From assembly GCA_951406725.2 (NCBI GenBank), contig OX597819.1, positions 7,006,001 to 7,070,000 of the forward strand: a stretch of 64,000 bases of DNA, in the 5' to 3' direction. Below are positions 53,956 through 64,000 of the stretch, piece by piece (position 1 is the first letter of the stretch; every line of letters begins with the position of its first letter). Source of the stretch: Octopus vulgaris. Its lineage: Eukaryota. The notes under the pieces are model-generated. The model did no database searches. It had not been told where the DNA came from and saw nothing but the letters and a program-made list of their open reading frames with translations. Made by a program: the position numbers and the translations under genes.

Positions 53956-54612
53956 TGTCTTTGTATGTACGTGTTTGTGAATGTTTCTTATATTAGAAAC
54001 ATTCAGACAACTATATTTGTGATAAGAAAAATACGATACCTTGATATCAAACAATTTATTTGAAATATCGATGTGCTTCGTGTAGGTAGCATATCTAAAG
54101 CGTGTTTGGTAATTGTAGACTAACTTCGTTGTTAAACTGCCCGATTGTAGCCATTGTTATCTTAGAATTAATAGACAAAACCGTCAATAATTCCCAAAAT
54201 TGTTGTTCGCTGAAGTATTAGCAGATGTAAAATTTAAATAAACAAGACCATTTTTATGGCATAATAGAAACATTTCAAAAACAATAGCAATGTCTTTTGG
54301 TTTAAGTAAATTATTCTCCCTTCTTTAAATTTTTTATATATCAGTCTTAAAAAGAATGCTAATTACATAACTTCATAACACTGTTTACAAAAAAAATCAT
54401 ACGGCCATTTTCAATATTTGTTTATAATTCGGTCTGAAATGGATACTTCGTCTCATGTTTTCATTGAAAAAGCAAATTCAATATGGTAAGTTTTTAAAGT
54501 CATATCAAAGAAATACTGTTGTCTAACATATAAACACTTGCCAATGTATAATATGGGAGTTACCAAAGCTCAATTTTTGTATAAATGCTGGGTAATGAGG
54601 AATACTAATACT

Positions 54613-57600
54613 GGCGTCGCAGTATAGGCGCAGGCGCTGGCATATAGGCGCAGGCGTTGTTATATAGGTGCAGGCGTTGCTATATAGGCGCAGGCGTAGC
54701 TATATAGGCACAGGCGTAGCTATATAGGCACAGGCGTAGCTATATAGGCACAGGCGTAGCTATATAGGTGCAGGCGTAGCTATATAGGCGCAGGCGTTGC
54801 TATATAGGCGCAGGCGTTGCTATATAGGCGCAGGCGTTGCTATATAGGCGCAGGCGTAGCTATATAGGCGCAGGCGTAGCTATATAGGCGCAGGCGTAGC
54901 TATATAGGTGCAGGCGTTGCTATATAGGCACAGGCGTAGCTATATAGGCGCAGGCGTAGCTATATAGGCGCAGGCGTTGCTATATAGGTGCAGGCGTTGC
55001 TATATAGGCGCAGGCGTAGCTATATAGGTGCAGGCGTTGCTATATAGGCACAGGCGTAGCTATATAGGCGCAGGCGTAGCTATATAGGCGCAGGCGTAGC
55101 TATATAGGTGCAGGCGTAGCTATATAGGTGCAGGCGTAGCTATATAGGCACAGGCGTAGCTATATAGGCACAGGCGTAGCTATATAGGCGCAGGCGTAGC
55201 TATATAGGCACAGGCGTAGCTATATAGGTGCAGGCGTAGCTATATAGGTGCAGGCGTAGCTATATAGGCGCAGGCGTTGCTATATAGGCACAGGCGTAGC
55301 TATATAGGCGCAGGCGTAGCTATATAGGCGCAGGCGTAGCTATATAGGCACAGGCGTAGCTATATAGGCGCAGGCGTTGCTATATAGGCACAGGCGTAGC
55401 TATATAGGCACAGGCGTAGCTATATAGGCGCAAGCGTAGCTATATAGGTGCAGGCGTTGCTATATAGGCACAGGCGTAGCTATATAGGCACAGGAATAGC
55501 TATATAGGCGCAGGCGTAGCTATATAGGTGCAGGCGTTGCTATATAGGTGCAGGCGTTGCTATATAGGCACAGGCGTAGCTATATAGGAGCAGGCGTAGC
55601 TATAGGTGCAGGCGTTGCTATATAGGCGCAGGCGTAGCTATATAGGTGCAGGCGTTGCTATATAGGCACAGGCGTAGCTATATAGGCGCAGGCGTAGCTA
55701 TATAGGTGCAGGCGTAGCTATATAGGCACAGGCGTAGCTATATAGGTGCAGGCGTTGCTATATAGGCACAGGCGTAGCTATATAGGCACAGGCGTAGCTA
55801 TATAGGCGCAGGCGTAGCTATATAGGCGCAGGCGTAGCTATATAGGCGCAGGCGTTGCTATATAGGCACAGGCGTAGCTATATAGGCACAGGCGTAGCTA
55901 TATAGGTGCAGGCGTAGCTATATAGGTGCAGGCGTTGCTATATAGGCACAGGCGTAGCTATATAGGCACAGGCGTAGCTATATAGGCGCAGGCGTAGCTA
56001 TATAGGCACAGGCGTAGCTATATAGGCACAGGCGTAGCTATATAGGCGCAGGCGTAGCTATATAGGTGCAGGCGTTGCTATATAGGCGCAGGCGTAGCTA
56101 TATAGGTGCAGGCGTTGCTATATAGGTGCAGGCGTTGCTATATAGGCACAGGCGTAGCTATATAGGCGCAGGCGTAGCTATATAGGTGCAGGCGTTGCTA
56201 TATAGGCGCAGGCGTAGCTATATAGGTGCAGGCGTTGCTATATAGGCGCAGGCGTAGCTATATAGGTGCAGGCGTTGCTATAGAGGCACAGGCGTAGCTA
56301 TATAGGTGCAGGCGTTGCTATATAGGCACAGGCGTAGCTATATAGGCGCAGGCGTAGCTATATAGGTGCAGGCGTTGCTATATAGGTGCAGGCGTTGCTA
56401 TAGAGGCACAGGCGTAGCTATATAGGCGCAGGCGTAGCTATATAGGCACAGGCGTTGCTATATAGGCACAGGCGTAGCTATATAGGTGCAGGCGCTATAT
56501 AGGCACAGGCGTAGCTATATAGGCGTAGCTATATAGGTGCAGGCGTAGCTATATAGGCGCAGGCGTAGCTATATAGTGCAGGCGTAGCTATATAGGCACA
56601 GGCGTAGCTATATAGGCGCAGGCTAGCTATAGGGCAGGCGTAGCTATATAGGCGCAGGCGTAGCTATATAGGCGTGCTATATAGGCACAGGCGTAGCTAT
56701 AGTGCAGGCAGCTGCTATATAGGCCAGGCGTAGCTATATAGGCGCAGGCGTAGCTATATAGGCGTAATAGGCAGGCGTAGCTATATAGGCGCAGGCGTAG
56801 CTATATAGGTGCAGGCGTTGCTATATAGGCACAGGCATAGCTATATAGGCGCAGGCGTAGCTATATAGGTGCAGGCGTTGCTATATAGGCACAGGCGTAG
56901 CTATATAGGCGCAGGCGTAGCTATATAGGCACAGGCGTAGCTATATAGGCACAGGCGTAGCTATATAGGCGCAGGCGTAGCTATATAGGCAGGGTCTATA
57001 GGCGGCTATAGCTATATAGGCGCAGGCGTTGCTATATAGGCGCAGGCGTAGCTATATAGGTGCAGGCGTAGCTATATAGGCACAGGCGTAGCTATATAGG
57101 GCAGGCGTTAGCTATATAGGCACAGGCGTAGCTATATAGGCACAGGCGTAGGCGGCTATATAGGCACAGGCGTAGCTATATAGGTGCAGGCGTAGCTATA
57201 TAGGTGCAGGCGTTGCTATATAGGTGCAGGCGTAGCTATATAGGCACAGGCGTAGCTATATAGGCACAGGCGTAGCTATATAGGTGCAGGCGTAGCTATA
57301 TAGGCACAGGCGTAGCTATATAGGCACAGGCGTAGCTATATAGGTGCAGGCGTAGCTATATAGGGGCAGGCGTTGCTATATAGGCACAGGCGTTGCTATA
57401 TAGGCGCAGGCGTAGCTATATAGGTGCAGGCGTTGCTATATAGGCGCAGGCGTAGCTATATAGGTGCAGGCGTTGCTATATAGGCACAGGCGTAGCTATA
57501 TAGGCGCAGGCGTAGCTATATAGGCACAGGCGTAGCTATATAGGCACAGGCGTAGCTATATAGGTGCAGGCGTTGCTATATAGGCACAGGCGTAGCTATA

Positions 57601-58053
57601 TAGGCACAGGCGTAGCTATATAGGCGCAGGCGTAGCTATATAGGCGCAGGCGTTGCTATATAGGCACAGGCGTAGCTATATAGGCACAGGCGTAGCTATA
57701 TAGGCACAGGCGTAGCTATATAGGCGCAGGCGTAGCTATATATAGGGCAGGGTGCAGGCGTAGCTATATAGGCACAGGCGTAGCTATATAGGTGCAGGCG
57801 TTGCTATATAGGCACAGGCGTAGCTATATAGGCACAGGCGTAGCTATATAGGCGCAGGACTAGCTATATAGGCGCAGGCGTAGCTATATAGGCGCAGGCG
57901 TTGCTATATAGGCACAGGCGTAGCTATATAGGCACAGGCGTAGCTATATAGGTGCAGGCGTAGCTATATAGGTGCAGCCGTTGCTATATAGGCACAGGCG
58001 TAGCTATATAGGCGCAGGCGTAGCTATATAGGTGCAGGCGTAGCTATATAGGC
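54613..58053. repeat. 20-bp minisatellite tatatagg(cg/ca/tg)caggcgt(a/t)gc, about 170 units, runs into the gap
   Basis: Direct observation; degenerate starter units at 54613-54660; indel-rich zone ~56490-57160. Confidence 0.97.
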
Positions 58054-58153
58054 NNNNNNNNNNNNNNNNNNNNNNNNNNNNNNNNNNNNNNNNNNNNNNN
58101 NNNNNNNNNNNNNNNNNNNNNNNNNNNNNNNNNNNNNNNNNNNNNNNNNNNNN
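58054..58153. other. Assembly gap (100 N)
   Basis: Run of n. Confidence 1.
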
Positions 58154-58220
58154 CAGGCTGTTCCGTTTATCGGATCAACCGGAACCCTCATCGTCGTAAC
58201 CGACGGAGTGCTTCCATCCA
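58154..58220 (+). mobile_element. 3' end of a SINE A cut by the gap
   Basis: caggctgttccgtt..cgtcgtaaccgacggagtgcttcca. Confidence 0.85.
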
Positions 58221-58224
58221 TCAT

Positions 58225-58775
58225 GACTAGTACTTTGTTTTATCGATTCAGAAAGGATAAAAGACAAAGTGGACCTCGGTTAGACTTGTAATCAAACCAC
58301 TAACCTAACGATTCTGCGAATGCATTGCCTTTTTTAATCATAGTAATTGTTTCTAACATAGGCACGACTCCAGAAATGTGGAAGGGGAGGGGTAAATCGC
58401 TTCTATTAAACCTAGTACTCGACAGATGCTTTACTTTGTCGACTGCTGAATGAGGAAAAATTAAGTTGACCTCGGTGTGAATTGAACACAGAACCTGAAG
58501 AGCCAGAACAAAGCCTGCCAGGTATTTTTCCAACGCTCTAGCAATTCCACCAGTCCATTCTTTTAATAATAAAAATAATCTTTTCTACGGTGGGCACAAA
58601 GCCTGAAATTTGGGGCTGGGGAGTAGTCGATTACATTGACCCCAGTGCTCAACTGGTATTTATTTCATCGATCCCGAAAGAATGAAAAGCGATGACATCG
58701 GCGGGATTTGAACTCAAAACCGAAAGAATCGAAGCAAAAGCGTAAAGCATTTTATCCGACGTTCTAACGATTGCT
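58225..58775 (-). mobile_element. Cluster of three diverged SINE C fragments
   Basis: Repeated gacctcgg / gtcgattacattgaccccag / ctaacgatt motifs. Confidence 0.6.
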
Positions 58776-59030
58776 TTGCATGACAATATGCGCTGGAAAA
58801 GATACAGTGTACGAAGAGTTTTGAATGAGTTTTTCGAATTTTATATCTTTTATTTTTACTTCTTTCAGTCATTGGGCTGCGGCCATACTGGAGCACCTCC
58901 AAATCAGCCCCAATATTTATGTTTTTTAGGGGCACTTATTCTATGGGTCTCTTTTACAGAAATCGCTCAGTTACGGAGACGTAAACTAACACCGTTTCTG
59001 AAGCGATGGGGGAGAAACACAAAAACACGT

Positions 59031-59074
<44 letters not shown>

Positions 59075-59324
59075 CCATATATACATATATACGAGAGGCT
59101 TCCACACAGTTTTCGTCAACCAAGTATTTTTTCGGCATGCTAACGATTGTGCCAGCTCGCCACCTTATGGCGTCATAATAATAACATTTCAAACAAGTAA
59201 AGCTCTAAAATCTTTGCTTTCCAGTCGCTAAATGTTTGCTGTCTTTCTTGTTTGTTTTGTTGTTGTTTGTTTTTGCTGTTGTTGTTTTGTTCTTTTTTTC
59301 TTATTTAAATTACTTTTTAGCTTT

Positions 59325-59775
59325 TGTTGTTTTACTTGTTTCGGTCACTAGACTGCGACTATACTGGGACACCGTCTGCAAGAATTTTTAGTCAAATGAA
59401 TCGACCCCAGTATTTATTTTTTAAACCTAGTACTCATTCTATCGTCCACGTAACTTAGCCGAGCCGCTAAGTTACGTAGACGTAAACACACCAGCACTGA
59501 TTGTCAAGCAGTGGTGGGACACACACACACACTTGCACACATTCATACACACACACGCGCGCGCGCGCGCATGCATGTTTGTGTGTGTGTGTGTATATAT
59601 ATATATACATACACGACAGCCTTCTTAGTTTCTGTCTACCAAATCCGCTCACAAGGCTTTGGTCGGCCCGAGGCTATACTAGAAAACACTTGCGCAAGGT
59701 GCCACGCAGTGAGACTGAACCTTGAACCATGTAGTTGAGAAAGAAGCTTCTTACCACACAGCTACGCCAGCACTT
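59325..59775 (-). mobile_element. SINE B, moderately diverged (a further fragment at ~58850-59125)
   Basis: Reverse-complement match; head reads agtgctggcgtagctgtgtggtaag. Confidence 0.8.
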
Positions 59776-59881
59776 ATAATGATTTATAACTTTCAAAAAG
59801 AGATTTAATGATGGCCATGAAAGATTTTTAAGATTCTGTAACTATGAATATAATATACAGTTAATCACTAAACTCACACAT

Positions 59882-59916
<35 letters not shown>

Positions 59917-60026
59917 TATGTATGATTGTGTGTTAGATTGTGTCTGTACGAGAGTATGTGCGATAAAGTATGGTAATGCTAAGAGTGACACATTAACCGG
60001 ATTTTATAAGATCTGGGTACTGAGAT

Positions 60027-60290
60027 ACGAAGTCTGATTAAAAATTATCGGGACCGGTGCTGCAAAAAGAAAACTGCAACATATGAATTCGGTATTTAAT
60101 CTCCTTCGAAGTAGGCCCCTTCTGAAGCCACACACTTTATCCAGCGTTATTTCCATCAATGGAAGCATTCCTGGAACTCCTTATTTTGCGATAGCGAGTA
60201 GCTGCCTCGTCTCATTCTCTTGTATTTCCTCGACGTCTAGAAATCTTGTTCCCTTCAAGTGGGATTTGCTATTCAGAAAGAACCTTCATT
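60027..60290 (-). mobile_element. Mariner 3' fragment
   Basis: Minus translation ..RWIKCVASEGAYFE..; TIR-like tacgaagtctgattaaaaattatcgggac. Confidence 0.7.
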
Positions 60291-60746
60291 CTGCGTTTCT
60301 TCCCACGTACGTGCGCGCGCACACACACGCACGTATGCATATACAGATACACAGACACAGACACACACACATCTCTGACCCGACTCGATGAGACCTACAA
60401 GTCGTACCCGTACTACCTGTTCCCTGGTCGAGTGGTTGGTGACTAAACCGACTCTCCCATTTAATTAGCTTGCTACAATTTTAAGGGGTGTGTCTGGGCA
60501 CCAAGAGGGACTAAAAACAAGACTTATCGAAAGGTGGATGAGTTCCTTGTAGGCCAATGGCCATCCAGTAGGGGAAAGCAATGGCAAGTCACACCAATAT
60601 CTCGAGCAAGAAAACACTATGAGAAAGTCAGAACGAGGTTATGCTATGGCACCCATCAGATGGGAGAACTGGCACTTAATCGGGAAGACTGTCATTGTAG
60701 TGTCATCAACGCGCTGCAAAAAAGTACACGATATATGATGACGATA

Positions 60747-60977
60747 GGCGGCGAGCTGGCAGAAACGTTAGCACGCCGGGCGAAATGCGTAGCCGTATTT
60801 CGTCTGCCGTTACGTTCTGAGTTCAAATTCCGCCGAGGTCGACTTTACCTTTCATCCTTTCGGGGTCGATTAAATAAGTACCAGTTACGCACTGGGGTCG
60901 ATATAATCGACTTAATCCGTTTGTCTGTCCTTGTTTGTCCCCTCTGTGTTTAGCCCCTTGTGGGTAGTAAAGAAATA
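60747..60977 (+). mobile_element. SINE C, full length
   Basis: 16-bp TSD gatatatgatgacgat at 60730-60745 and 60978-60993; tail ctgtgtttagccccttgtgggtagtaaagaaata. Confidence 0.93.
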
Positions 60978-61589
60978 GATATATGATGACGATGTCGAGA
61001 AGAACAGAAGTATGACGTTGCAGAAAAAGTTATGTTGTGCTAAAAACCAAGAAAAAAATGTTACTGTGATGATCCTGGGCAACAATAATATTATTCCATG
61101 AACAATTGTTCTCTTTGTGAACATTTTCATAGTTATTTATGGGACCACAGAAATAGGATAGAGTTCCTGAATCTGTCTTCAAGTCGGTTACAGACTTACT
61201 TTCCTTTTGTTGCAAGGTTACAGACGACACCATCTGAAGAGCAAGATGGATTTGGAGAAGAGGAACCTGACACAGAAAAAGCATGTGAATCGATGGAAGG
61301 ATGTGATAAAAAAAGGTGGGTGTGAGTAATCCCGCTTAGTCATCATGAAAGGAGAAAATAGTCTCTGGGCTTTTATGCTGTCGGGTAACAATCTATACTG
61401 TGATATACTTATCCGGCCAAATTTATTTTCAAAAAAAAAAATAGAGAAAAGTGAAGTCTAGTATTATAATTACTGCTCAACATCTGTAAATATCAAACGA
61501 ACTACATAACTTTTTTGTAATTATGTTTTGTACTGTAATGTCCTATCTTTGTAACGATTTTTATAATCATAGTAAAGATTTTCTACATA

Positions 61590-62260
61590 GAAATCGACTG
61601 GTTGGACAGAGGACTAAAGTGGGAATCGATGAAAGTTTGCTCGACGCAAGCATGAGAGAGGTTAAATTTCCTTAAAGTGTATTTGATGAGTGTAGACTAA
61701 TTTTATTTTCTATCAACAAAATTGGTCAGAAGCATATATTTTCCCTGTCTTAGAATTGATAGGCAAAATACAGTCTGTAGAACTCCCATTGTTGGTATCT
61801 ACTGACTTATTGCATGCCACATTATCTTTATATATAAAAGTGAAGTTGTGTGTCTGTCTCCTACGATTTAGATTCCTAACTACTCCCACATTTTGCGGTG
61901 CAGTGTAACCAAAACCGGGTATCTTATAGTCGTGATTCATATCGAGCCCTTCTGTCTACGATGAGTCTACGATTAAAAAAAAAATTACCATCATTTATTC
62001 CCATTTTTAATGCATTTTTTGCTATTATATAAGGGAAGTAACCCTCTAAAAATGTATTATTAAATCTCAGAACGTAAAAAGCTACAGTAACACCACCACC
62101 CCCCTTTGTGGTTAGCCATATTGAGATGGCTATTATACATTACACCTCTAAAAATGCTTATATAGTTATTTCCCTTACAAACCCGAGCAACGCCGGGCGA
62201 TACTGCTAGTAATATATAAAGTTTGGTTATGAACATGTGACAATTATTCCGTTATAAAAG
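61590..62260 (+). pseudogene. Possible Merlin/IS1595-like transposase remnant interrupted by a Helitron
   Basis: LVGQRTKVGIDESLL.RRKHERG on plus (~61597-61662); ILP..KTGKIYASDQF on minus (61713-61770); FGYEHVTI on plus after the Helitron. Confidence 0.45.
61825..62209 (+). mobile_element. Non-autonomous Helitron
   Basis: A|TC...hairpin...CTAG|T. Confidence 0.88.
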
Positions 62261-62741
62261 AAATATTTCAAACAAGTAAAACTCCCAAGCATTTTTCAGA
62301 AGTAAAACTTTTTATTTTCCTATTTATATGCGCGCGCATACATGTGTGTATATCTGCCCATCAATGTAAGCTTGTATGTGTGTAATTTATCTTAATGACG
62401 TCATAACGGATTGTTTCTCATTTTGAAAACATTGGAAGAAAATGATTTCTTTTTGATACAGAAGACCGGAAATGTATAAGTTAGATGTGAAAGGTATATT
62501 GGATTAAGTAACGAAAGTCGATAGAGCCACTAATCTAAACCTTGTTGGAAACGCCACACAGAAAATAAAAAATATTAAATCATATTTATTTCATAATTCG
62601 AACCTTGGCCAACAATCTATAGGGAAGTGTTATACTCGATTAAATCAAACCTAGTACAAGACTGGTATTTATTTTATCTTCCCACAAAAAGATGAATGAA
62701 CTGACCTCAGTAGCAACTGAAGTTTAAGTTACACAACTATA

Positions 62742-63160
62742 AGCGCAGGAGTGGCTGTGTGGTAAGTAGCTTGCTTACCAACCACATGGTTCCGGGTTCA
62801 GGCCCACTGTGTGTCACCTTGGGCAAGTGTCTTCTGCTATAGCCTCAAGCCGACCAATGCCTTGTGAGTGGATTTGGTAGACGGAAACTGAAAGAAGCCT
62901 GTCGTATATATGTATATATATATATGTATGTGTGTGTGTGTGTTTGTGTGTCTGTGTTTGTCCCCCTAGCATTGCTTGACAACCGATGCTGGTGTGTTTA
63001 CGTCCCCGTCACTTAGCGGTTCGGCAAAAGACACCGATAGAATAAGTACTAGGCTTACAAACGAATAAGTCCTGGGGTCGATTTGCTCGATTAAAGGCGG
63101 TGCTCCAGCATGGCCGCAGTCAAATGACTGAAACAAGTAAAAGAGTAAAGAGTAAAGAGT
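62742..63160 (+). mobile_element. SINE B copy
   Basis: Full-length match. Confidence 0.92.
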
Positions 63161-63342
63161 AACTAAATAACCAAATACCTTTTTTTCTTCTCTATTAAAA
63201 ATTAAGATTTCGCTTTAGTGTTTCATCACTTTATAAACATAATTATTTGCCATGGTTCAATAGTAGAAATTCTTTAGGACTGACGTTCGCGCAGATTAAA
63301 CAGAATGACAGGATAAAATGCTTTATATTATATTTAAGCTTT

Positions 63343-63546
63343 CGGTGGTGAGCAGGCAGAATCATTAGCGCCAATCGGCATTTCGTCCGTCCTTACGTTC
63401 TGAGTTCAAATTCCGCCAAGGTCAACTTCGGCTTTTACCCTTTCGGGATCGATACATTTAAGTACCGGTGAAGCACTGGGATCGATTTAATCGGCTAGTT
63501 TCCTCCCAAAAAACATTTCAGGTCTTGTGCCTATAATAGAAAGGAA
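63343..63546 (+). mobile_element. Diverged SINE C
   Basis: ggtggtgagcaggcagaatcattagc head, Meta-like core, alternative tail. Confidence 0.72.
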
Positions 63547-63587
63547 AATGATATTTAAGCTTTGTTAGAATGCCGGACCAAATGCCT

Positions 63588-63875
63588 AGCCTTGTGAGTG
63601 GATTTGGTAGACGGAAACTGAAAGAAGCCCGTCGTATATATATATATATATGTATGTGCGTGTACGTTTGTGTGTCTGTGTTTGTCCCCCTAGCATTGCT
63701 TGACAACCGATGCTGGTGTGTTTATGTCCCCGTCACTTAGCGGTTCGGCAAAAGACACCGATAGAATAAGTACTGGGCTTACAAAGAATAAGTCCCGGGG
63801 TCGAGTTGCTCGATTAAAGTCGGTGCTCCAGCATGGCCGCAGTCAAAATGACTGAAACAAAAGAAAAGAGAAAAA
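63588..63875 (+). mobile_element. 5'-truncated SINE B
   Basis: Begins at gccttgtgagtggatttgg and runs to the tail. Confidence 0.88.
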
Positions 63876-64000
63876 ATGTGTCGATAGTAGAAAGGACTCT
63901 TGCTGTTGTTAGTTCAAACTCCTAATGACCAATTTGTGTTTCAAACATCAAGGGTTGATAAAGTATTTAACAAACTAGGTTTGTCATAAATTCGATCTTT

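Noticed and set aside
56490-57160. Indel-rich zone in the minisatellite as a biological subdomain
   Set aside because: Scattered short deletions in a gap-bounded tandem array are most simply low-quality consensus.
54613-58053. CRISPR-like array
   Set aside because: Contiguous 20-bp units with no unique spacers, no cas genes, eukaryotic context; it is a minisatellite.

Overview
Eukaryotic, gene-poor and very repeat-rich DNA. The tRNA-derived SINE families and dense (TA)n/(TAA)n/(TACA)n/(GATA)n microsatellites suggest an octopus/cephalopod genome; this is inferred, not proven. No intact host gene could be supported, and most track ORFs are microsatellite or SINE artefacts. Content: three SINE families (A, B, C); a 5'-truncated R4/Dong-type RLE LINE in a (TAA)n tract whose ORF is open but lacks RT motif 4; remnants of RTE, CRE, Penelope, mariner, maT-like Tc1 and Merlin elements; three non-autonomous Helitrons; several MITE-like hairpins; a 3.4-kb 20-bp minisatellite; and one 100-N gap. 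Main observations: (1) more than ten hammerhead-ribozyme motifs from several repeat families, in direct, inverted and palindromic arrangements, with covarying stems and core variants (U3-A8, U10.1·U11.1); (2) two adjacent TSD-bounded ORF1(gag)-only retroposons whose 3' tail matches the SINE C tail; (3) the minisatellite unit appears to be the amplified 5' head of SINE B.
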